From Octopus vulgaris (taxonomy: Eukaryota), in the NCBI GenBank assembly GCA_951406725.2, contig OX597824.1, positions 19,902,001 through 19,966,000 on the forward strand: a stretch of 64,000 bases of DNA, in the 5' to 3' direction. The position numbers and the translations under genes are program-made. Within the stretch, counting starts at the first letter, position 1; the number at the start of each line of letters is the position of its first letter. Of this stretch, positions 40,314 to 53,285 are shown one piece after another. The notes beneath the pieces are model-generated. The model was not told the origin of the DNA and made no database searches. It worked only from the letters and a program-made list of their open reading frames with translations.

Positions 40314-41788
40314 TATAGATATACACACTTTCTCTAATCTTAATTTATACACACACACACACAAGCAACTTGGCACAGATATAAACCTCCTATTTTATAT
40401 ATGTGTGTACATGTATGTATATACATATATAAAATTTGTTTTTAATTCTAATTTGTTCTCGACGTATGCTTGACTCTGAAATCAAAAGTCAACTTTTTTC
40501 CCCTCTCAGAACAAATATTATTTCAGTTTCATTTTAAGACATGTCAATTTTTAAGATGTTTATGACTAAGACCTCTCCTCGCCATCATACAACACGATAA
40601 TTGTGTTCGCTTCTTTTTTTAATTGTTGTTGTTGTTGTTAGTCTCGTAGTAGTAGTTGTTGTTGCTTTTTCTTTTAAATTTCACTGAAGCGATGTTACCA
40701 ACCTCGTCTTCCTTCCGGTTAGTATTCCGTTGATGTGTACAAGGAGATGAGCAACTTAGGTTGTGTCTTGTTTTTTTTTTTTTTTTTTTATTTTGTCTTT
40801 TAGTAGAAAAGAAGAAGGAATTAAAAGCATATAAAAATAATAATGTTAATAATGAAAGGACTAAAACGATGGTGACGATGATGGTGAAGTCTTTTCTTCT
40901 AATTTCAATCAGTTCTTGTGTATGAGTGACTTAATTTCGAGATTAAATTACAATCCCACCCCACCCCCCCTCGCCCCACCCACACCTCCCGCGTGCACTT
41001 CTTCGTTTTTCTTCCTTCGCATCTTGGTTTGGTCCTTCTTGACTTTTGTCTGCCTGTCCCATCTCAAGTAGTCCGATATATGATTCCGAAATATTCACCT
41101 ATAACACCTGATCTAGAGAGAGAGCGAGAGAGAGGGGGGAGGAGGAAAGGATGGAAGGAAAGTGGGAGGGAGACGAATTGTAGAGGGTGGTTGGTACCAT
41201 GCTGCCTGGCTGCACCAGTGAGATGTATGTGTGTGTATGTATGTATGTATGTATGTATGTGTGTGTATGTATGTGTGTGTGTTTGACGGAGAGAGCGAGA
41301 GAGAGATACGGGGCAGGAGGCGGGGGGACGAGATGCTGTTGGAGCCTACTACTGCAGTTTTACAACGGGCGATAGCAGCAGCAACAACAACAGCAACAAT
41401 AACGAGTAATATAGCTCTTTTTTTAGTATTAATAGTGGCAGCAGTACATGTACATGTTATGATGGTTCATGGCCGATGGAAGTTGGTGAAGCAGATACAT
41501 AGCGAATGACTTGCTTTTGAGATGATTGCTTCCGCTCTAATTGGTTGCGTTTGCTTTCATCATCACCGACGACGGCCACCCCCCATCCATCCATCCATCC
41601 ATCCCACCCCCCGTTCCCCCCTCCCTAACTCTCCCGCTTTCTCTCTGTCCTCTTCCTCCTCTACCTACCTCTCTCTCTCTCTCTTCCAGTTTTCAGCTTT
41701 TTACTTCTCTGTTAGCAGGTGGACAAATTTGGGCAGGTAGTGATGGTGTGATTAAAGCTGTCAGTTTTTACTCTCCAACATAACAAGA

Positions 41789-41820
<32 letters not shown>

Positions 41821-41967
41821 TGGTGATGATGATGAAAAATAAAATTGAAACATTGACAGACCCACTTTGAGTTGTCAATTTTCCTTCTTTCTTTTTTTTC
41901 ATTTTTTTTGTTTTTGTTTTCCGAGAATTTTTTTTCCATTTTTATTTTCAAAATACTCTTTGATATT

Positions 41968-41998
<31 letters not shown>

Positions 41999-42096
41999 AT
42001 TTTTTTTTTGTATATTTTCCTTTCTTTTATCTGGAATATGTTGACATTTTTTTTTTTTTTTTTTTTTTTACTTTAAGAATTTTCTTTGATATTAAC

Positions 42097-42130
<34 letters not shown>

Positions 42131-42775
42131 TTATATACATACATACATGTATGTTATGTATGCATGTCTATGTATGTATATACATACATATATATATATA
42201 TATATATATTTTTTTTTTTCTTTATCCAGAGTCTGTTGTGACTCCTTATTCCGTCTGAAACTCGCTTATTGAGTAATGAATGAGCTGCTGGTTGATTAGG
42301 CTAACATCACTGTATCGAGTTTAAGACGGGGCCTCAATAGCCTTTTGGCTGTTAATTTCTCCCGACACTGGTACTAACATTAGCAGCCAGAAATTACGAG
42401 GCCTTGTAATTTCGGCGAGAGTTTATTTAGCTCCGCTTTTGATCTGTTAATTAAATCCTCCATCACAGATTTTTCGGAACTCTCTATATATGCGAGATGT
42501 AGTTGTAATTTAAAGGCGAAGAAAGAAAGAAAGAAAGAAAGCAAGAAGGAATAATTTACTGTACAATATTGCAATTGTTTTGAAGCTTTTTTATTTTTTT
42601 TTTTTATTTTTACGTTCTTTATCTTTTATTTTTCTTTCTTTCTTTGTTATCAAGTCTACTCTTATTTCTTTATGGAAGGAAATATTTCTGCTGAAATTGA
42701 GAAACTTTTTTTTTTTTCACAGCCTCTTTTATAATCTCTTAATTCTTTAAACTTATTCCATTTTAATGTTTATTA

Positions 42776-42812
<37 letters not shown>

Positions 42813-43044
42813 GACAAATTTGTTATTATTCAAAAGAAATTATTTTCTGTTTGCTGTAGTGGGGGAATACCCTCTGATGACTGCCTGGCCTGTGCGAAAC
42901 TGTTGAGAACTGGTTGGAATAAAAATAAATAGTTGACTTTTAATGATTTACTCAACCACATGCATTGAGTTCACTTTACATTTTCAGACAAACATACACA
43001 CACACACACGCATATATGTGTGTGTGTGTTTGTGTGTGTATATA

Positions 43045-43200
43045 ACTGGTACTCCGTTGGTTATGACAGCAAGAGGGAACAGGCTGCTCATGAAATCAAT
43101 ATGTAAGTGGCTGAATACTCTACGGACATGCATACCCTGAAAGTATGTGACAAGGCTGGCCCTTTTGAAATACGGGTACTAACTTGTTTTTACCAGTCCA
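43045..43200 (-). mobile_element. Degenerate fragment of a third cephalopod SINE-like family
   Basis: GGTACTCCGTTGGTTA…GTGTGACAAGGCTGGCCCTTTTGAAATAC recognised from memory only. Single clear copy in the window. Confidence 0.4.
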
Positions 43201-45850
43201 CTCACACACACACATGTGTAGCTGTATGATATTAAGATGTCTGCTTTGCAAAACACCACTCCCAGTCTCAGGTTCCTAATATGTGACTTTGGGTAAGTGT
43301 TATTATAGTTGATACATGGAAACTGTATAGAAGCCCAGTACTTGTGTGTGCCTGCGTGCGTGCATACGGCAGCGATATCTGTTTTGTCCTGCAGCTCGTT
43401 ATGCAAAGACCAGTGAAATTAGAGTACCTAACTTTGTACTTTACTTGGTACTACACTGTCAGGTAACTATACTTGGTACCTTACCATCAGGGATGAATCA
43501 GGAGAGCCATGGAATATTACCTCGAGAAGCATCGGTCAACTGATACTAGCATAGAAGAACATGTAAAAAAAATGATGGCATATGTGTATGTATGGTTGTG
43601 TGTGAAGTAAGTGTTGTTTGCTGGGTTTTCAAGCCCTTGTTGGTCACTATGACACATCCCATGCAGTTCCTGAGATAGTCTTAGTTTTCTCAATTTAAAG
43701 AACTTACAAGATTTTCTCTTTAATGATGCCCTAGTTACCACTACTGTTATTTCTAAGACTAGTATTATATTCGACTTATTACTTGTATGCAAATAACTGC
43801 ATAAAGTCCATTCCATTCCACATCTCTATTATGGTCCTTTTCCGGTTATTTAAGTCTGGTTTGCTTAGAATTCTCATCAACTGTACCTGAAGTTTGGTAC
43901 TGCATCGATTCCTCTGCCGTACTGTTTTGTGTAATGTAACCAAACTCTGCAAGTAGAACTATAGAAAGTAAAGAAACTAGTGATGGTCTGTGGTGGCAAA
44001 AGACAATTGCAGAAAGGTTCACTGTGGAATAAATTAAATTATCACAAGAAGCCAATGAAATTTGATATTCCTGGCAACAACCCTTCAACAGAGACACTAT
44101 ACCTATATTTCACTTTTTCCGAGAAATGAGTTGAAGTTGCACCTTTCTCGCTTCAATGATTCCCTTTTAGGGATATATTGTTGTGCCTGGGGAGGGTCAT
44201 TCTCTTTTAATGACTTATTAATATTTAACACACTCACTGGTAAAGTTTCCACTCATTTACTTATTTGTTTTCCTTAAAATTTTTGTTGCGTCTTGCAACC
44301 TTTCCAATAGCCATTGACTTTTAGGGATAGTTTAGGAGGTAATTTACGCGGCTGCCAATTCATGGGATTTCAAATGCACGAGGGAAAATCCCTTGGCAAC
44401 TGGTTTCAAGAATTCATTCTCATCGATCAGTTTTTGTTTTTTTTTACTTAGTAAACGCAAGAGCGGTGGAACCACAGAAATGGTTAAAACACTGGTCGTG
44501 ATGTTTTACAACATGCAGTTCTGTCATTTCACATCCATGGGTTCAGTTTCAACCAAGATTATCTTGGACTTTCATTCCTCCATGGTCAAATGAGTACTGG
44601 CTAATTACTGAAGTCATGTGAATCAATTATAAATTTGGGACTTCAGTTCTACATCAGAAATAATTACTTCAGTAAATGTAAGTACTTATATATGATGTTT
44701 TAATAACTTTGGTGAAATTTGTTGAGGACTTCTACTTTAGAATTTAGGGAACTGCATATAGGAATACCTCCCTGGAACATGGATATCAGCTTCTCATTTA
44801 CATTTTTCCTAAATAAGAATGATACGACTAACTTGCTACAAGTGATCTGTAACTCTTTTGATTCCAATCTGCCAAAACTACCAAAATCAAAGCTTTCATA
44901 TCTAAATTAAAATATTCCATTATGGGTTGTTTTTTCTTCTTTCCTCTTCTTTCCTTTTTCATTTTTCAACCATCATTTTAATATCGCAAAAAGTGATTTA
45001 ACTAAATCCTTCAATATGTGTGATTATTTTCCAAACTGGTTGAGACACATACACTGTGAATTTCATTAAAAGGAAGGTCATTGAAAGGTTAATCCTTTTA
45101 ATATAAATCAGCTCACCCCTCAAATCACCCATATTAATTTGTTCATATTTAAATTAAAATCTTCATCAAAATTTCATGAATAATATAGATTTCAATTGGT
45201 CATTATTGATGTGTGTCTATGTATGTACATGTGTGTGTGTGTGTATGTGTGTATAAATTATGATTCTACTTCAGACATTGGGTTTCAAATAGGGAGAGGG
45301 GTTAATTGATTAAATCAACCCCGGTATGTGCTTTGTACTTTATCAACTTTATCAAGCTGGTATTTAAAACATAAATTAACACAGAATTTTGACAGGTTTT
45401 GATTTCAATCACTTTAGGAACTAGGGAGTTGTATCACAGAACTAGGGGTGGGGGTCATCTCAGTCAGGTGGGTATCAAAAGGGTTAATCTTAAGGACATT
45501 GGCAAATTTGGTAAAATTTACTTATGCGAAACCCTGCCTCGATCCTGATTTCTTCCACTCCTCTATGAAATCGACCTTATCGACTATTAAAGGATAAAAG
45601 GACAAGGTGACCTCAGGGTACAATTTTTGAACTCCAAATGTAAAGGGCCATAAATGACGACTGCAAAATACTTTCTCTACACCTTACTGATTCTGCTAAG
45701 ACTGGTGTAATGCACAAAGTTATCTGATATTTTAATAATGCATGGCCACCACCTCTAAAGTCTTGATTCTGCTGAAAATTAATTAAAAATATATAGAGAT
45801 TTTTCTTCCTAAGTGGTTTTTAAACAAATTTGTTGCTCTGTCAATGTAGT

Positions 45851-46306
45851 TTTAGCTCTTTTGATACCAGCTTGTTTGAGATGGTTACTAGTTCTACGAC
45901 CCAAACCTCCTGCTTCTATGTGATCTAAATTAAAACTTACCTAAATTTCATGTTAAATTATGGTTTTAAACACCAGCTTAATAACCCTTTCTTTTATGGG
46001 CACAGGGCCTGGAATTTGCAGGAAGGGGCCTTGTTGACTGCACTGACCCCAGTATTCAACTGGTACTTATTTCATCAACAGAGAAAGCACAAAAGTCAAA
46101 GTCAGCCATTCAAACTTGGAAAGAAAAGACGGACAAAATGTCGCTAAACATTTTGTCCACCTCGTTAAAGATTCTGCAGGCTCGTCACCTTACATCAGAT
46201 TAATAATAGCAGTTATTTTACTAAATTCTTCATTATTTTAAAAAATTAATTTAAATGAAAGTAGTCCTTTATCGTTAGAAATATGATAATGAAAGGGGAA
46301 GGGTTC
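45851..46306 (+). mobile_element. Old TTAA-type MITE interrupted by a family 2 SINE (45985-46191, minus)
   Basis: The MITE halves join across the SINE. Degenerate TSD ACACCAGCTTAATAA (45970-45984) / ACATCAGATTAATAA (46192-46206). Confidence 0.75.
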
Positions 46307-46745
46307 ACCTTTTCATTACCAACCCAACTGAAACCGCCTCTGGCTCTGTAGTAGAAATGTCTTATTTTCATAAGTTTTGAATTAAAATCTTCCATCAAGC
46401 CTTAGTCACAATTTATGTTCCTAACACTGGCTTAATGATAATTAAGTTATTTTACTAAATTCTTTGTTATATTTAAAAATTAATTGCAAGAAACACAGAG
46501 CATTTCAACAGAAATATGGTAACAAAAGGGTTAACCATTTCATTACCAACCCAGCTGAAACCAGTTTTGGCTCTGTAGTAGAAATGTCTTATTTTCATAA
46601 GTTTTGAATTAAAATCTTCCATCAAACCTTAGTCACAATTTATATTCCTAATTAAGTTAATATACTAAATTCTTTGTTATATTTAAAAATTAATTGAAAG
46701 AAACACAGAGCATCTCAAAATAAATACTGTAACGAAAGGCTCAAA
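46302..46745 (+). mobile_element. Two tandem TTAA-type MITEs sharing a central TTAA (46531-46534)
   Basis: Near-identical ~230 and ~213 bp units, CATTACCAACCCA.CTGAAACC…GTAAC.AAAGG; junction AAAGGG-TTAA-CCATTT. Confidence 0.85.
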
Positions 46746-47237
46746 TCTGGAATTTAAATTTATTTACATACTGGAAACTGTGATAGAATAACGAGGTTTA
46801 CGCTGGTGTTACGGTGATGTGTGATGTTGTGTTCAGTTGTATATTTCAGCTGAAAGAAGTGTCGGAGGCTTTCCTCCGTAGAAGACAAAACACAGCATTG
46901 ATGTTATTGCTGTTGTAGAGTGGGGTGTATGGGAGTGGTGGGTTCTAATGTTTTTCCCATTCAAAGAACCATAAACCACTAAGCATCACTTGCTATCTTA
47001 ATCTGAATAAGCAGAAGAGTGTCCGGTGATAATGTCCAGTGATAATGTGAGCTGATGACAAAGGTGTAGCCATGCAAAAACTCTATAATTAAAGCATGGG
47101 TGGATTGGTGAGTGGGGTTTGTTTATGTGCAGGGAGGAGAAAAGAGGGTGCACAGTGGTGATTTCTGATTTCTTTGTTACCATATTCCTCGTGAAATAGC
47201 CAAGTAATTTTGAAAATAACAAAGAATTTATTGAATT

Positions 47238-47445
47238 AACTTTATCAAGCTAGTATTTGTAACAAAAATTAACAGAATTTTGACAGGTTTTGATTTCAAT
47301 CACTTTAGGAACCAGGGAATTGTATCATAGAACTAGGGGTGGGGGTAATCTCAGTCAGGTGGGTATCAAAAGGGTTAATCTTAAGGACATTGGCAAATTT
47401 GGTAAAATTTACTTATGTGAAGCTCTGGCTCTATCCTGACTTCTT
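47238..47445. repeat. Dispersed ~210-bp duplicate of 45345-45554
   Basis: A minus-strand MITE half plus ~65 bp of flank (TCTTAAGGACATTGGCAAATTTGG…) is present at both sites. Confidence 0.9.
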
Positions 47446-47446
47446 A

Positions 47447-47664
47447 GAAACGTTAGCACGCCGGGCGAAATACGTAGCCATATTTTGTCTTTCATTACAT
47501 TCTGAGTTCAAATTCCGCCGAGGTCAACTTTGCTTTTCATCCTTTCGGGGTCAATAAATTAAGTACTAGTTACGCACTGGCATTGATGTAATCGACTTAA
47601 CCCCTTTGTCTGTCCTTGTTTGTCCCCTCTGTGTTTAGCCCCTTGAGGGTAGTAAAGAAATATA
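47447..47664 (+). mobile_element. SINE family 2, tail B, starting at GAAACGTTAG
   Basis: Collinear with the repeat units at 51272-51927. Confidence 0.9.
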
Positions 47665-48304
47665 TAATCAGCGAAAATAACTTTCTTTAATACTGCTCTT
47701 TGAAAAGGCATGACCATCACAACTTTGTATGCCTGCACAATTGCACCGACGCTTAACAGTGTGGCAGAAATGGTAAAGAGATGGTCTGAAAATGCATTCT
47801 AAGTATTTAGTTTCAATCTTGCACTGTTCTAAGTTCAAATTCCACTGGGTCGTTGACTTTCACTTTTGTTCTTCGAAGGTCAATTAAAGTACCAATATTT
47901 AAGAACCGGGTTAATTCACGTGGTTACAACCACTCCCCCTGCACAAATTGGGTCTTCTGCTGTTAATGCATCTCTTATCTTTTTCTTTTTCTTTTTTTTT
48001 TTTTTTTTTATAAGTTTCAATTTTCAGAATGAGGAGTAAGAATTAATGGGTGGGGCTGTGGTGGGGTGGGGGGGTCAGCATTGTTTTCCATTTCGTTTTT
48101 AGTTTGTGTGTGTGTGTGCATGTGCTTCCTTTGTCTTTCGTTATTGGTGTCTTGAGGTGCTCCTGTTAACGGAAGTTGTTACCGTAGAAAATGGATCGTG
48201 TCTGTGCTGCACATAATTATTATTGTGTGTGTGTGTGTGTGTGTGCATACCCTGTAGCCGTCCCTAGCCATCAACTCCCCACCCTCCCTGCATGCGTTCC
48301 CCTG

Positions 48305-48344
<40 letters not shown>

Positions 48345-48657
48345 TTCTCTTCTTACTCACAGTTTCAGAGTTGAAAGAGGGGGGGGGAGAAGGCACCAGT
48401 AAAGTGTAAAAAAAAAAAAAAATGGGTGGAGAGATAGGGGCTAAGGATAGGATATATATATATATAATGTTACCCTTAGCACACCCCTGTATCTCCTTAC
48501 TTGCTGCTGCTGCCGCCGCCAAAGTACATACATGCGGTTGTCTTTGTGCATATTAGGACTTTCGGTTTTTGCTGTTCCACTACAAAACTGAAGAAACTAG
48601 TCAGTCAGTCAGTCATTCCAGCCTTCAGTCTATCTCTCTATCTACACTTCCCCCTAC

Positions 48658-48688
<31 letters not shown>

Positions 48689-49038
48689 CCACACATTTCT
48701 CTGTATGTGGTGGTGGGTGTGGTTCACATGGGGGACAGGGCAAACGCCTGTCTTTATGCTCTCTTGCTCTCTTTCTCTCTTTCCACCTCTCTGCTCCACC
48801 CTGCTTCTTTGGCAAGTTAATTTAAACTCTCCGGTCCTTACCTCTCAGTCTGTAGTGGAGGGGTGGTGCAGTGGGAGGTGAGTTACATATAGGTGGTGGC
48901 ACGGTATATACGTGGTGGGGGTGGGGATAAAGAAAATCACTTGACTTGGTAGCTACCACCACCGCCACCGCTATGATGCATTGCCGCCCTCATTGGTTAA
49001 CCTGTTTTATTACTCGCCACTCACCACGGGTTTTATTG

Positions 49039-49071
<33 letters not shown>

Positions 49072-49140
49072 TACTTTATGCTGTTGGTTTATGTGTGTTG
49101 GAAAGGTTTGTCAATTTTTAAATTTGTATTACACACAGAT

Positions 49141-49545
49141 AGGCGCAGGAGTGGCTGTGTGGTAAGTAGCTTGTTTACCAACCACATGGTTCCGGGTTCA
49201 GTCCCCACTGCGTGGCGCCTTGGGCAAGTGGCTTCTACTATAGCCTCGGGCCGACCAAAGCCTTGTGAGTGGATTTGGTAGACGGAAACTGAAAGAAGCC
49301 CGTCATATATATGTACATATATGTTTGTGCGTGTGTGTCTGTGTTTGTCCCCTTAGCATTGCTTGACAACCGATGCTGATGTGTTTATGTCCCCATTACT
49401 TAGCAGTTCGGCAAAAGAGACCGATAGAATAAGTACTGGGGTTACAAAAGAATAAGTCCCGGGATCGAGTTCCTCGATTAAAGACGGTGCTCCAGCATGG
49501 CCGCAGTCAAAATGACTGAAACAAGTAAAAAAGAAAAAGAAAAAG
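49141..49545 (+). mobile_element. SINE family 1, full length (only well-preserved + strand copy)
   Basis: AGGCGCAGGAGTGGCTGTGTGG…GGTTCAGTCCC…GACTGAAACAAGTAAAA. Confidence 0.93.
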
Positions 49546-49659
49546 AGATAGTTATAAAGTACCAGCCGAGTCCTAGGTCAACAGTTTCAACTAAACTCAC
49601 TGTCCTCGAAATTGTTAGTCTCGTGTCCAAATCGGAGACCATTCTTATAAATATTGGTA

Positions 49660-49912
49660 AAGCGGCAAGCTGGCAGAATCGTCAAAGCATTGGACGAAAA
49701 TGTTTATCGAGGTTTCATTCATCTCTCTACGTTCTGAATTCAAGTTCCACCATGATCGACTTTGCTTTTCTTCCTTTCAAGGTCGATAAAATTGACTACC
49801 AGTTGCGTACTGGGGAGGGGAGTCAATGTAACCGACTTACCCCCTCCCCGAAATTGCTGGCCTTGTGCAAAAGAGGGTGGAGAGGAAAATGTACCTATAG
49901 TAGAAAGGATTT
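49660..49912 (+). mobile_element. SINE family 2, tail A, diverged
   Basis: GCGGCAAGCTGGCAGAATCG…TTCAAG…GTCGATAAAA…GCTGGCCTTGTGC. Confidence 0.75.
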
Positions 49913-49921
49913 CTATTTTTA

Positions 49922-50291
49922 TACTCTTTTACTTGTTTCAGTCATTTGACTGCGGCCATGCTGGAGCACCGCCTTATGGTCGAGCAAATAAACCCCCAGG
50001 ACTTATTCTTTGTAAGCCCAGTACTTATTCTATCGGCCTCTTTTGCCCAACCACTAAGTGATGAGGATATAAACACACCAGCATCGGTTGTCAAGCAATG
50101 CTGGGGAGACACAAACATACACACACACACACATATATATATATACATATATACGATGGGCTTCTTTGAGTTTCCGTCTACCAAATCCACTCACAAGGCT
50201 TTGGTCGGCCCAAGGTATCACATAGTGGGACTGAACCTGGAACCATGTGGTTGGTAAGCAAGGTACTTACCACACAGCCACCCCTGCGCCT
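49922..50291 (-). mobile_element. SINE family 1 (small internal deletion)
   Basis: Reverse complement of 49141-49545. Confidence 0.92.
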
Positions 50292-51039
50292 ATACTTTTA
50301 GGAAAAAAAAGAAATTGGTATTTCTAACATTGATGCATCTCCAAAGAATATCGCCATCATAATAATCTGGAGATTGCATCGGTAACGAGGATGGTGGTGG
50401 GGAAGCTTGTACTTTTCTCTTCTTACTTTTAATTATATTTTTTATTATTTACAATTATTTTCCGAAATTTTATTTATTTGTTGTTTTTTTTTAGTCCACC
50501 ATATTGTTGAAGTGGTAATAGTTATTGATGTACATTGACTGCGCTCCTTTCTCTTCCCTGATTCCTTAGTTTGGTTTGCTGCCTCCATGTGTGTGGGCAT
50601 GTGTGTATGTGTGTGTGTGGAACCATAATTCTTGGTGCCATATTTTAATCTCCTTTTGTTCTTGGGATGTTCATTTGATAAATCTTATTGAAGGAAAGGA
50701 TTAATTTTTAATACTCCATAAAAACAAGAGACCCATATATTTTCAAAATTTTGTGTGTGTGTGTGTGTGCACGTGAATGCATGTGTGCATGTACAAATGC
50801 ATATACAAAAATCCAGTTTTCTAAATCAGTAACTGTCATGCTGCTGCCACTCTCCTTTTTCTGAAGAATTACTCTTTGGCAGTCCTTACTTCAAAAGATG
50901 TCAGATGTCTTGGTGGCGGCGGCAGTCGAAGAAGTGGTGTTCTAGACAATCATCATCATTGTCATCAATTTTAACGTCCACTTTTCCATACTTGCATGGG
51001 TCAGATGGAATTCGCTGATAGAAACCCTTGCTGATAGAA

Positions 51040-51927
51040 GGCGGCGAGCTGGCAGAATCGTTAGCACGCTGGGCGAAATGCTTAGCAGTATTTTGCCTGC
51101 CACTATGTTCTGAGTTCAAATTCTGCCGAGGTTGATTTTGCCTTTCATCCTTTCGGGGTCGATTAAATAAGTACCAGTTACGCACTGGGGTCGATGTAAT
51201 CGACTTAATCCCTTTGTCTGTCCTTGTTTGTCCCCTCTATGTTTAGCCCCTTGTGGGCAATAAAGAAATATGAAACGTTAGCACGCTGGGCGAAATGCTT
51301 AGCGGTATTTCGTCTGCCGTTACGTTCTGAGTTCAAATTCTGCCGAGGTTGATTTTGCCTTTCATCCTTTCGGGGTCGATTAAATAAGTACCAGTTACGC
51401 ACTGGGGGGTCGATGTAATCGACTTAATCCCTTTGTCTGTCCTTGTTTGTCCCCTCTATGTTTAGCCCCTTGTGGCCAATAAAGAAATAAGAAACGTTAG
51501 CATGCCGGGTGAAATGCTTAGCAGTATTTAACGTCTGCCGTTACGTTCTGAGTTCAAATTCTGCCGAGGTTGATTTTGCCTTTCATCCTTTCGGGGTCGA
51601 TAAATTAAGTACCAGTTACGCACTGGGGTCGATGTAATCGACTTAATCCCTTTGTCTGTCATTGTTTGTCCCTTCTATGTTTAGCCCCTTGTGGGCAATA
51701 AAGAAATATGAATCATTAGCACGCCGGGCGAAATACTTAGCGGTATTTCGTTTGCCGTTACGTTCTGAGTTCAAATTCTGCCGAGATCAACTTTGCCTTT
51801 CATCCTTTCGGGGTCGATTAAATAAGTACCAGTTACGCACTGGGGGTCGATGTAATCGACTTAATCCCTTTGTCTGTCATTGTTTGTCCCTTCTATGTTT
51901 AGCCCCTTGTGGGCAATAAAGAAATAA
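51040..51927 (+). mobile_element. Tandem tetramer of SINE family 2 tail B (217-219 bp period)
   Basis: Units start at 51055, 51272, 51491 and 51710. Only the first carries the GGCGGCGAGCTGGCA 5' end. Confidence 0.95.
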
Positions 51928-52098
51928 GGCATCGCTCCCTCAACTGATTTTCGATTTTATTTTTCAGTTATTTAGTATTCTTAAATGAATTACTGAATTT
52001 CAAAACTTTACTCAGAAATATATTTTCCTTTATTATATGTTGGTCTGACATATTTTGCATTACATCTAAGCAAGCAGCCAAAGCCCAGCTTACAAGAG

Positions 52099-52154
<56 letters not shown>

Positions 52155-52793
52155 CATCATTATCAGCAGACTCACCTCCTCCTATTCCTCGCTATTACCA
52201 CACAGCTATTCCACCACCTTCCCCCCCTCCCCCCCGCCGCTACATGCCCGGCCCGCCCCGCCCCGCCACCCTCTTCTCTCTGTTAACCTTGCTTGTACAA
52301 GTTTGAACTGCAAAACTTGTCAGACTGAGATCTGTCTTTGAGAGCTAATTCTTTGGGTTTTTACTCTCCCACCCTGTCATCCAAGTATTTTCGCTCACCC
52401 AGTTCTGACTGACTCTAACCTCCTGCTGCCACCCCGCCCCGCCCCACGACTGGTTGCCTGCCCTCCGCCTTCATCACCACCACCACCACCACCAACACCA
52501 CCACCACCACCGCTACCACCATTACCATCCAGCCCCTGTTGCCAGTAACATTTGATACTTAGTCTTCAAACATCCTCCAAGCTCATCCAGCATATCATTT
52601 TCATTTCATTCCATCTCAGGGGCCCAGCAGGTACTCCCTTCTTTTTTTTTTTTTTTTCTGCTCCTGTCTCACTCACTCTGCCCACACACACACACACAAA
52701 TGCAACCCTTCCCCCCCCCCCCTCCGTCCCCCACCCCGCCCACCTATTTCTGCCAGCAGACAAATACTTTTGGTGTCAGCAGTTTCTCACTAC

Positions 52794-52837
<44 letters not shown>

Positions 52838-53249
52838 TTCTTTCATGTTTCGCTCTCTCAGAAAAGTTCAGTGAATCAGGCCCTATAGTTAAAGTCTGTT
52901 AAGTGAGATCTGGGCTGCGATTGTCTTTCTGGAACCCTCAACGCTCACAGACACACACACACACACACACACACACATGTGCTCTCTTTCTCTCTCTCCC
53001 TCTCTCCACCCCTCTCTCTCTTTCTCCACAGCTTTCCATAATGGAGGGTGGAGCGCTTTGTCCTCAACACTTGGGGAAAGCTTGTTGGTCTCCTGCCTGT
53101 AACAAATACTGCAGTTCTTTCTTTAAGCTGTGTAGAATGTACAGACTGCGTGAGAGGATCTTTGCATAAGCGCATGTGTGCGCACCCCTGCCCCTCTGCA
53201 TGCACACAGCCTGTAAGCTCATTTTTACTTTCCCTCTCTCTCTCTCACT

Positions 53250-53285
<36 letters not shown>

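Noticed and set aside
43517-44097. Minus-strand ORFs of 99 and 83 aa in unique sequence
   Set aside because: No recognisable domain or consistent splice signals.
44280-44315. Minus-strand hammerhead-like layout around the GTTGC/GCAAC hairpin
   Set aside because: Neither CUGANGA nor GAAA is intact. Probably part of an unclassified repeat at 44100-44400.
48248-48268. miR-10-like TACCCTGTAG
   Set aside because: Only 10 nt match and no complementary arm is visible.
48849-48877. 29-nt micro-exon candidate (CTCTCAG| … GAG|GTGAGT)
   Set aside because: Plausible splice signals, but the length is frame-shifting and there is no other support.
49141-49215. tRNA gene
   Set aside because: A and B boxes are present, but it is the head of a multi-copy SINE and lacks a convincing cloverleaf.
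53031-53212. Possible exon (CCACAG| … CT|GTAAGC) with short ORF MEGGALCPQ…
   Set aside because: The acceptor tract is a CT microsatellite, the ORF stops internally, and the peptide is unrecognisable.
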